Below are positions 23,541-34,476 of a DNA stretch of 64,000 nucleotides, in pieces. The notes beneath the pieces were generated by a model. It was not told the origin of the DNA, searched no databases, and saw nothing but the letters and a program-made list of their open reading frames with translations. The stretch is from Oikopleura dioica (lineage: Eukaryota > Animalia > Chordata), in NCBI GenBank assembly GCA_907165135.1, contig OU015568.1, forward strand, positions 806,001 to 870,000, in the 5' to 3' direction. Each line of letters starts with the position of its first letter. The stretch's first letter is position 1. Position numbers and translations under genes: made by a program.

Positions 23541-26513
23541 ATGATGGACGAGCCGATCGATTGGCGAAATCCGGTCATTCCGCAAGTTCCAGTCAGAGCG
23601 CCTTCCCCCTCTAAACAGAGACGACTTGTTCTTACCAGCTCAGAAGCTCCCAAAAGTTCAATCGCCAGGTAAACTTATTTTTCGAGCTCTTTTGCAAAAT
23701 AATTTGTAAAAGTCGAATTTTTATCTTCAAAAAGCCGCACCGAATTTTTCGGCTAAAATTCAATATATTCTGCGAAGCCGCGGCGCGGCTTTTCAAATAA
23801 TTGAATATTGAAAATTGAAAAGTATCATTTTCGAAGATTTTGACTCAAAAAGTTTCTCTAAAGCCAATTTCGCTCAAATTGAAAACCCCAGCTGAGAATT
23901 TCGACTGAGAGTATTAGGTATGCAAGTAAAATTAGCTGAAGCCCCTCTGCTCGAAAACTTGAAAACTTGAATACTCGAGCACTTTAGAGATGATCTAAAT
24001 TCGAAGTCCTCACGTGTTCATTTTTCGCAATTGCATTTTCGCTCACGTTATTGTAAATTGTTCACCTTCAATTAACCCGAAATTGGTACTGTAAAGAATT
24101 TTCCAAAAAGCCGCAATTACAAGCTCTTTTTTCCTGCGCTAAATTCCTTTTTGTTCAAAGTTTTTCTCATCGTTTCTTTTTATTAAGACTTAATCAAAAT
24201 AAAAGCCGCAGAGCGGCTTTAATAGATTTAGTGGCTTTTCCGAAATTAATATCAATAATTGAGATGATATTTTGGCGAAGCCGCTCTGCGGCTTTATCAT
24301 GGAAAGCCGCAGAATCGTTTTGTCGGCGCGGCTTTTTTAAAATTTCATAAAGCCCCTGCTTCGCGGCTTTTTATCAAAGAAAAAAAAATTGCTGACTTTT
24401 CATTTTTTCTCAATTTTCGCCGCGGTTTCGGCTAATACTTGAACAAATCCAGTAATTGCGCTCGTGATTCAGTTCGCCAGTCATCAGCAACCCATCAAGC
24501 AATCTGCAGCCGCGACTCGCTCAGCCGCAAACTGCATCGCCGACACCACTGCTAAAAACAGCTTCAAAACCTAAATCCCCAAAAGCTTCAAAGGTAATTA
24601 ATGCTTTACTGCTGCAAAAAATATTAATTTAAAAAAGCATTTAAATGATTTATGACATGTTCACACGTAAGAATTCGAAATTATAATTGAAATTAACACA
24701 AATAAAATTAAAAATAAAAAGTACAAATTTAAATAAAAAAATATCGTAAGAATTCGAAATTATAATTGAAATTAACACAAATAAAATTAAAAATAAAAAG
24801 TATAAATTTAAATAAAAAATTTTTAAAACTATTTTTTAATTATAAAATTTATAAAAAATCTTTTTATTATTTAAAAAAATTTATTTTTTTTTTACTTTTT
24901 TATTTTGGAAAAATTCAAATTCGGACTTTTTGTAATATTTTTTTGTTTATTTTCAATAATAATCTTTAATTCATTCCTCTTCTATATTTTCTTGTGCGCT
25001 GGCTTTCCAGAAAATTGGATCTTTATTAACCTAAGTCACGCATGTTTGGGACCTTTCATAAACTTTATCATTCATTTCCATAAACTGACGACCCATCGAA
25101 TCAAGCTAGAAACATCGCGGAAGCACTTTCGAAATAAATTGTCTGTAACACGCAAAACTTACAGATTATTTATAGTAGAAGAAGCGCACGTAATCTTTTT
25201 TACCAAAAATGATAATCTTTTTTCGAGAAAATGAAGCTGGAATTTCCATTTTCGCCGGAAAGTGGCGGTAAGAGGTCCTTATCGACCGACCCGGATTATT
25301 TTCGGGAGAGGAGAGATTATCAGAAGCCCGTTAGCCCATTACATAAGCTCTAGAAACTCCGAAAAGCAACGTGGTTTTTACGATGAATTTTAAGAGATGC
25401 GCAGTCATCTTTAACGATTTCGTCGACGTCAGGGAAGTGGACGATTACGACAGAAAGGTTGACAAATCATGGACGAGACTGACTCAATATCAAAAGGTAA
25501 AATAATCGAGAGAAAAATAATTTTATTCTCAAATTTTTATCAATAAAGCGTCAATATGAATAAAAATTGAAGCTTTTTCGGAAATCCGAATAATTGACCG
25601 GAAAAGTTTATTCTTCTTCTACTTAAAATTCTTCCAGTACGGGGGTCCTCCACGTACAAAGAAAATGAAATTTCGGGCTTTCTTTTTCGGGGCAATCATC
25701 AAAAATCATCGGTATCACTAAAAATTCTGAAGGAGAAAAGTCAATAAAAATAAATAAAATTTTTCCATAATAAGAGAAGACATAGACAGCGCGACTAGTC
25801 AAATTCGCGGTTCAATCATCAGGTCGCGACATTCCGTATTTTCCCCGCTTTCCAAAATCGCTGCTCCACGAACTAGTCTGCCTCTAAAGCGACCACGTTG
25901 TGGATTGGAGCTTGGCAGGTTTTGCATCAGACGGGGCGAGGACCTAATCCGATAACTGTCGCTATCCTCCGCCAAAAACGCCTTCCGCTGTTTCGTCTTT
26001 TTCTGCTGACCTTTTAACTTTCGATTTGGGAATGGAATTATGCTCCCTCAAATTTGATCAGACCCGAGAAAGGTCAATAAAGACGGATTTCTTGGAGAAT
26101 GACCAGACAGCAAAAAGACTATGAAAAAGGCCTAGGGTTATGACGAGGCTCAAAACCTGTGTAAAAACCTGAGTCAGGATCCAGAAAAACTTATATAATA
26201 AGCCGCCTTGCGGCTTTTTTTATAACAAAGCCGCGGGGCAGCTTCTCCAAAATTGCAATCTCAGGACCCTGACTCAGGTTTTTACACAGGTAGCCCATGC
26301 CTTAGAAAATGCATTTTCAGGGAAAATAACCCGAAAATGACCGTGAGAAAATTCGAAAATTCACTAAATTCGATCGAGGGCACGTTTTTAATCGAAAAAA
26401 TCTGACATTGTTGATTTCAGTTACGAATTCGCTGCGAATTGAACGATTTCAAAACGACGGAAATGAACGTTCACCGCGAGAGCCGACAATTTACAAGGAT
26501 GCATCGAATATAG
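23541..26513 (+). CDS. PHACTR-like protein (phosphatase and actin regulator C-terminal domain); 5' structure uncertain
   Basis: Last exons (to 25496 and 26421-26513) encode FNDFVDVREVDDYDRKVDKSWTRLTQYQK|LRIRCELNDFKTTEMNVHRESRQFTRMHRI*, matching the PHACTR PP1-binding tail. Pro/Ser-rich upstream exons near 23541 and 24475; the middle junctions are unresolved. Confidence 0.75.
24666..24822. repeat. 79-bp AT-rich tandem duplication (2 copies)
   Basis: CGTAAGAATTCGAAATTATAATTG... starts at 24666 and again at 24745. Confidence 0.9.
26155..26291. mobile_element. MITE-like family B, best copy (137 bp), in a PHACTR-like intron
   Basis: 27 of 28 bp TIR ACCTGTGTAAAAACCTGAGTCAGG(A/G)TCC, with internal AAGCCGC-N3-GCGGCTT hairpins. 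Confidence 0.8.
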
Positions 26514-28340
26514 AAAAATACGAAGAATTTGATTTTTATTTTTTTCTCCATTAAAAATTCGATGAAAAAGAGATGAACAGGGAAGAATAAGAAAAAAAAC
26601 TTAAAAACTGACTGTGAAGATGAGTCTTTTCAGACTGTATATAATTCAGATAAAATTCGACATTACTGTTTACCGGATTCTTCAAAGGATGAAGAAGGGT
26701 GTGTGTAGAACCTGTGTAGAAAACCTGAGTCAGGGTCTGCAAAATCTTGATTTAAGGAGGGGGGGTCCTTAATCTTCAATTGTTTTTTTTCCAAAGCCGC
26801 TAAGATCTTCTTGGAAGCATCAATGTTCTTCTACCTTTTTCAGAACATAAAAAATTCAAAGCTGAGACCACGTGACGGTTTTTCAAAATTGCTCACACTG
26901 CACTATTGGGAGTCAATTTGGGATTGTAAATATTTTAGAGATCGGTTGAAAAAGAGTGCCACTTCGTTTCTTCTGAATCCAAAGCAAATAAATTTCCGAT
27001 GAGAGTTTTGAACTTTTTCATTGTCGTCGGCCAGGTTCAAGCTAGCTTTTTTTCTCATGATGAAAGTGGACATGCGACATTTATTCATGTTTTCAAGGTA
27101 AAAAAGCTATTTTTTATGAACCAAAAATTTGTGGTGGTGGCTAAAAATCGCGACAAAAATCGATTTTTATGAAAAAAATTTTTCTGAAATCTGATTGGTC
27201 AACCGGCCAAATGCGTCTATCTGATTGGCTTTGATTAAAATTTAAGGATCTTGTAAAAGCAAAAGAACAGCGAGGCGAAAAAATCAGCTACCCAATGCTG
27301 AAAAAAGCGCTCAGCGAGATTCCTGCCATCATCAAAAGATCAACAGTTGACGATGATTTGATTCCCTTCTGATGTCAGAATTTAAAACTGTCTCAGGTTC
27401 CTTTTAGAAAAAATACTAAACCGTTAGAAGAATTAGCGCCGAGTTCATTGAAGGGGAAGATTAGAGATCGGCGTCTAAGACGTCAGGGATTATGACGTTT
27501 TTGTATACAGAGGCTTCGCATTTCTGTCAATAGGATTATCGGTTCAACAACTACTGTCTTTGCTTCTCATAAAATTAGCTCATTCTAAAGCAAAAATGCA
27601 TTTGATTAAAAATTACGCTCGATTTTTTCAGCCAAATTTTATACTACCCTTGTTCATCATTGTCTCTGTGAAGGTGTGCCTTTGTTCATCCTCTTACTTC
27701 CTGCAGGTGGCCCTTTGTTCATCCGTGTACAGATTTCCTTTCATTTTAAATAATATGAGGCTTTACTGAAGAAATTTGTAATGCTACGTGGCCCAAGGGA
27801 TGAACAAAGGGGCACTTGCGAGAAGTCTGATAATGAACAAGGGGACCCCCTTTTTTGACGAAAAGAGTAATCCAAAAATCTTCATCGCTCTTGAAACAAA
27901 CAAGCCTCTCCCCTTCTTGGTCTTTCGAAATTAACATATCTGCTGTTTTGTCCACAGGTCTTTTTGAATAAACGTATCTTTTCTCAACTTATCGCCAGCT
28001 TAAAAAACAAACAAGCCTTACGTCGTATTTTCAAGGGCTCCGGGTTCAGTCGGGAATTTATTGATTTCAATCATTTTAATTTGACAAAGGGGAAGTTAAG
28101 AGGAACAGATGAACACTTATTATTTTTTGTTCTTGATGTCTTGGTGTTGTTAGTCTGAAGGGGTTTGTTGGTAAAGATGCTGAAGGTAGAAAGGAAAATT
28201 CGACGAATGGAAGCCTGGAGCTCGTTTTTCGTGCAGCTTGTCCCTGAAAATCCGGATTATGAGTCATATTCAAAACTAGAAATAAAAAACACATAGTCGG
28301 GAAAAAGGCTCTTTCTCTTCTTGTTCTCATCAATGATAAC

Positions 28341-28540
28341 TTATCATTCGAGCCTTTGATTCAAGCCATCCAAAATCTCTAGAATCTGGGCCAGTGGTTA
28401 GGATTAGGGATTGGGAACTCTAAACGGGGGGGGGGGTCCGGGGGGAGCGAAACCCCCTGGTTTAGGCCTAAGGTGAAGGCCTAGCCCCCTGGGTTAGGTT
28501 TAGGGTTAGGGGCAGCTTAAATGATAACCCCCTACTACCC
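28341..28540. mobile_element. Non-autonomous family C, copy 1 (opposite orientation to copies 2 and 3)
   Basis: Sub-terminal IR TTATCATTCGAGC / GCTTAAATGATAA, a GC hairpin, TTAGGG-like tracts and terminus CCCCTACTACCC. Confidence 0.65.
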
Positions 28541-30141
28541 TTCTTGTTAATATTATAAAACTAAAATAATGGGATCGGTTAAAAATTTTCCTTCAAAATT
28601 TAATGAAGTACGAACCAGACAAACCCATCGTTAGATCGTTTCATGTACAAGCTGTATCGAGGCGGGTTGTAATTCAAATTGGCCGCGACAAGCGACAAAA
28701 AGCAAGCGAAGTAAAGCCGGAACATTTTTTTTTCTATTCTGGCAAAGTGAAGAAGTTCCTACTTAGCGAGTTTTATAAACTTACATTGCAGATGGAAGAA
28801 CTGACAAAGCTGACAGTAATGGTTTTTGAGTAATGGACACATGGTTCTGTCACTTTGGCATTTTTTCAGCACTGTATAATCGCGATTTGCCGTAAATTTG
28901 TGGAATAAGCGAAAGTTCATTTGTTTGTGTAAAAAGATCTAAGCAAAAATCATCATATTTTTTCAAAGAAAAGTGCTCATAAAACAATGTTTCGGCTCGA
29001 AAACTCATGTTTCTAGCACCAAACAATGATCTATCTATTTGAACCTATGACTTTTTATTTTGATGCTTATTATGAATCCCGCTTGAATGGTAATAAGTAA
29101 CGCTCTAAAGCGTGAAGCAGAAGCGCCCATTACAGCATCTCGCCAAGGAATGTGATGTTGGTCGGCGCCGCGGCCGCAGCTGACGATCAATGATGTAGCC
29201 ACGACGCTATAATTGCTCCGATGTGTCAATTTTAACCTTCTTTTTACAGAATTCGTAATTTTGGTGCGATTTTTATTTACGATCATGTTTTTTGCGAATT
29301 TTTAGGAAAAAAATTTCCTAAAGAACGTAATTTTTAAAAAATTCAAAATAAAAGTCGGAAATATCGTCAGATTTTCATGAAAATCGATTTAGAAAAACGC
29401 CGGAATGACGATTTTCCACAGAAGCTACGTATTTTTTGATATTGTCTGGAACCATTTCAACGCCCCGAAATCGTTACTCTTCGTCGGTGCTGAAATTAAA
29501 GAGTCAAATTTCTCCATAATTCGCCACTTTTTCAAGTGGCCAAAAAAAGTAGATGAAGATAGACGAGATTTAGAGAAATCAAAAAGCCATCAAAAATCCC
29601 TCTTTTTAAACAGGACATTTGAAACAACAAAAATTAAATTAAAAATTAATTTATTAAGAATAAAATAAAAATTTTATATCATTTTCAGAAATTTTCATTT
29701 TTCTTTAATTTTTTGAAATTTTCTCTTCCTTGATTTCTCAAAATTTTGACCCGTTTTTTTGAGCCCTAGTTTTTGATTTACAACTAAAAAAGTGGATAAA
29801 AGAAGCTTTATAAAAGAAAAGGAGGTTCCCGTTTTTGTCTCTATAAATTGACCAATTCTACTATTTGGTCTTCTGTGTTTGTTCAAACGAAAAGGAGAAA
29901 AGAAATAGATCCAATATAAACACTGAGCAATATTGTGAGAATAAAGCAAAAATTTCGTTATCGCGAAAGCCAAAGTTGCTCATGTAAAAAGGACTAAGAG
30001 CGAAAAAACGAAGAAGAAGGCGAAAAAAAAGACGAGCATAATTGGTGAGTTATTATGACAAATCTTGAAATAATGGTCTTAAGCATCTGACTTTTTTATC
30101 TTCAGATTTGAGGGCAAGGAAGAATTTTCAAAGAGAGAGAA

Positions 30142-32908
30142 ATGGATATTCCGAGGATCGAAATATCGCCACCTCATGCGAAAAATGAATATGAAGGAAA
30201 TTGTTAAAACAAGTTTCAAATGAAACTTATCATTAATAAGTTATCAAAAAGGCAGTACCAACACGCTTTATCTGTTCCTTTTTTGAGAAAAACAAATTGT
30301 CAAATGGAATTAAATACGGAAGAATCTTAAACAAAGAAGTCTATTGATTTTTGAAATTTTGAAAACAAAACAAAAAGAATCTGGAATGGATTTCGCGAAT
30401 CAACACAACAAGCTTCCTGCTCACAGCTCTCCTCACGTAGAATTCAATGCTCCGTCGATTCCTCATCGCTCCATGCAAAATGCTGCCTACAACTCGGCTT
30501 ACGATTACGACTACAGACATCGCTACAATACTGAAACGCTTCTGCCAGGGTTCTGAAAAATATCTGATATCTTTACTTCAAAATGTCCTTATGAAACAAA
30601 AATGAACCCCTTGGAAAGTCCGCTCAAGCTCCTCACCATGGTTATTTTTCCTCTCCTGACGCATCTCCTATGGGCTCAAGAAATTCCAGGTATCAATAAT
30701 TCTGCCCTTTTCCTATCTTCTTTCCAATATTCGATTAATTCCTAGGATACCTAGCCTCAAAGTCGAGAGTTCAATTTTCGTGGCATTTTTAATTTTACGA
30801 GGGGCACTTCAAATTTTACAATTTTGATTTTTATGCGGAATACGAATTTTTCGTTACAGAAATTGTAGCTTTATATCTAGGGTGGGCAAAATGGGAGTTT
30901 TAAGTTTCCTCGCATCTGATTGGCTGATAGAAAATAATCTGGGTTTTTACTGGCTAACAGGGACCCCAGCTCACACCCTCCCTCCAACCCTACTTAGAGA
31001 TTTCCGCCCACCTTAGCTTGACAAATTCTTTTCAGCTTCTCGGACTTGGAGAACTTGGCAGCGTACGAGCAGCACATGTTTATGGTCTCGCCGAATTTGC
31101 AGATGACGTGAGTATTTTGACATTCCAAAGCAACCTCTTTTTCCGTGAGAAACGTGTCAGCTTCCTTCTTGGCCGCGTGTCAAAAACTAAGTGTAATTAT
31201 TTCAGACATGGCCACAGCGATAGCGAAATGGTCGGTCACGATTTTGATGCGAAACGAAGAAAAGTCCCGAACCGGGCGAGATCGGGGAGCTGTATCGATG
31301 CATTTCAGTATAATAAGCAAGTGGAAATGCAGGCGCCATGGATAAGAGAATATCCGTCAGAGGTGAGAAGGGGGACCATAGCAATAGAAACAAAATGTAA
31401 AATGCGGTTTATTTTTTCTAATGAGATTTGATTTTCTCGAAAATAACAGACTTGATTTTGCACAAACTTGACTTTGAAATTAAGAATCAAAATTTTAGAT
31501 AGATGGAATGCGAGTTGAAATCACAAAACAACCAGTTAACCACCGAGCTCAATACATTGGCGAAGGATCTCGTGGGCCAGTCAGATCCACCAAAGGAAAA
31601 GCTCTACATTTCGATCTCCCTGAAATTAAGGAGAAAACTCGAAGAGCTTTCAAAAAGGCCACCCTCAACTGCGAGTCTCTGGAGTGATCGGAAACATCGT
31701 CATACGAGTCTATCTCTGTATCGAGGATGATCCAGTGCGATATCATCCTTTTTACAGAGTTTGCAAAGTGCTGAACAAATTGAACAACGGAAGTCAGGGA
31801 GTTCAAGCGGAAAGAACTCTCGATAATGCCGTCATCATCGGTAAAAGAGATCGGGTTTATTATTCTAGCGGTTTTTCTAGAGCAATCTCACGTCTGCACA
31901 TCGAAAAATGAGCTGATCGACATCAACAGCGTTGGAATCCTCAAGCTCAAAAACTCGACTGTCGAAGCAGCTTTTGGAGCAACTTTTTTCACACCGAGGT
32001 TTTTTCAGTTTCATCAGCTTAGAAAAGAATTTGCCAATAAAAATTCTTTGAATACTTTTATTGATCTTTTTCGTCACCGAAATTATCAATGAATCAAAAA
32101 TCAAGGAGAAAAATATTTGCCGAAAATATTTTCGAAGTAGTCGAGTTCTTTGGCCCTTTTCTGATTAAAGGGTCATCCTGTTCAATTGACTAAAACTTAA
32201 GAAGCACAAAAGTGCGAATCGCCTTCATGGTCCAACTTCCTGACAGAAGCGTAAACAACATTATCCAAGTCCTGTCCGACCCCATTTGCTGCAGTAAGAA
32301 CCAAGAGAGCTATTCCCTTCTATCAAGCGTTTTTAGATCAAATTTCGAGCGATCCAGTGGTAATGCGATCTTCAATTGACAAAGCTCCCGCCACGGGAAA
32401 CGTAGAATTATGGCTCATTGGGAAGCATTTCAGACATTTGAAAGTGTTTTTTCAAGAGCTCGGCTCAGACGGAAAAGTTGTGTGGAAAGCAGAAGCGACC
32501 GTCAACAAATCATTTCTAGCAGCGGTAAATTATCTTCTCCGGTTTATTTTTTACTTAAAATTTGAAGAATCATTTGATCTGTAATGTCCCGGAATACTGC
32601 AACACGAACATCAAAGAGCCCGTCAAAGTCCAAGTCTACGTCCAAACTCAGTACAAAGAGCAATTCCGGACATCCTCCACAGTCGATTTTACATACACTC
32701 CCGTCAGACAAAATGAGAATATCTTCGCCAATCAAACTCGCATTAGCGACCCTTCTCCGGTAAGTTTCACCGTTTCTTCTTTTCCTTTCCAAATTCTAGA
32801 TTCACCGAAACGAGCCGACAATGCGTCTGAAAGACATCGGAAAAACTGACAGTTTTGACCGAATGATCAACGCCCTGAAATTCTCTGTTGACCAGATGAC
32901 CAATTCAG
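30142..32908 (+). CDS. nfat: NFAT-family transcription factor (Rel homology + IPT domains); 3' end not resolved
   Basis: KQPVNHRAQYIGEGSRGPV, GHPQL, YHPFYRV, INSVGILKLKNSTVE, KVRIAF, SDPICC and IPT VELWLIGKHF...VDFTYTP; N-terminal PRIEIS. Confidence 0.92.
30880..31012. mobile_element. 133-bp MITE-like insert with TA flanks, in an NFAT intron
   Basis: TA|GGGTGGGCAAAAT ... ATTTCCGCCCACCT|TA. Confidence 0.55.
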
Positions 32909-34297
32909 GTACTCTTCCTTGATTTCACACCCGATTTTTTTCTTAGAAAATAAATAAAACGAGTGAAAAGAGTGTGAAAAGAAAAAGCGAAGCTGGACAG
33001 AAATTATTGTAAGTCATTTACCTGCCAAGTAGAAAAACAATAAAGTTGCTTGATGTTCAATTATACTGTCAGGAAAGTAATACAGTGAAGACTTTATTAC
33101 TGTAAGTTATCAATAAGTAGGTCGTCGGAATCAAGAAAAATGCATTCTTTTACGTCTTTTTCAGGCTTTTTTGCATAGAGAAGTCATTTTTTGATGACTC
33201 ATAATTACCCCTCCCTCGATTAGGAAACAAAATCAATTAGGTTTAATTGCTCCTAAAGCCCGTTTCCTAACATAATACTTGGAGCCATGAAAAACGTTGA
33301 AGCCCCGCAGGACTTCCGGATTTTTCGCTTCTTCGGTCAAATATTTCACATCTTCGCCAATTGATCCAGGGGTCAGGTGGCCCAAGCCTCCGAGGGAGAC
33401 AAAACAGAATATCTTGAAGGTAAAAGTCTTTAGGGGGGGATTAAAGGATCAGCTGAGAAAAATGACGTCAAAAGGTCGAGAAAGTTGAGAAATCTTGAGA
33501 AATAATTTTCTATCATTCTAAAAGCCGGCTTTTTTTATCCTTAAAACTTCTTATGTAATCATACAAAAGAAGATATCTGTTAGAATTTTCACCAATCTAA
33601 GGCTTTTGACTCAAAATTTTGATAAAAAAAGATAATTGTTCTCCAAAATCTTTGTCTTGAGTTTGGATACTAACACCCTTATTTAAAATAATAATAAAGA
33701 AATAATAATAATAAGTTATTTTATTATACAAATAACAAACTGAAGAACTTTCATTCATCTTTTCTTAGCTTGAATTTTCGAAGATCAACTTCAGAAAATT
33801 TCCATCAAATTCGTTAGACTTGTCAAAAAATGCCTTTTTTTTAATTTTGCAAAGAACTTGAATCCCCCGTTCCAGAAATTGAGTAAACCTCATCTCGCCA
33901 ACTTAAAAACTTAAAAAAAAAATCTTCTTCCAATTTAAATGTTTCTCTTCGTCTAAATTCCTGATTCTGACTAAAACAATGAATGAGTGACGTTGAGAAG
34001 CAAATCTGGCTCGCCTTGTTCGTCCCGATTATCCTGTCGCTTTCCAGCGACTATCTGTCAGATTCAATGTTGAATCGAAACGATGAAAAGCCCAAATTCG
34101 CTGTTATTAATGAGCATCTTTCGAATAAGCAGACAAGAGGCTTTGCTCCTTGAGTATTCGGGATAAAGATGTTTCAGATGGGGTTAAGGATGTATATGCG
34201 GTCTGACATCAATGAGCAAGGAGAATTCAGTCAACAAATTAATTCGGGTCAGGTTTTATATCCGTTTTTGCTCGGTTTTAGGGTAAGAGTTAAGGTT

Positions 34298-34476
34298 AGC
34301 CCAGCCCAGCCTAGTCAAGCCGAGCCCAGCCCAGCCCAGCAAAGCCCAGCCCAGCCCAGCCCAGCCCAGCCCAGCCCAGCCCAGCCCAGCCCAGCCCAGC
34401 CCAGCCCAGCCCAGCCCAGCCCAGCCCAGCCCAGCCCAGCCCAGCCCAGCCCAGCCCAGCCCAGCCCAGCCCAGCC
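34298..34476. repeat. (CCCAG)n pentanucleotide array, ~35 units
   Basis: Directly visible; a few variant units at the left end. Confidence 0.97.

Noticed and set aside
21050-24370. Repeated short palindromes resembling CRISPR repeats or bacterial REPs
   Set aside because: Spacing is irregular, there are no constant-length spacers or cas genes, and the context is eukaryotic; treated as MITE-associated repeats.
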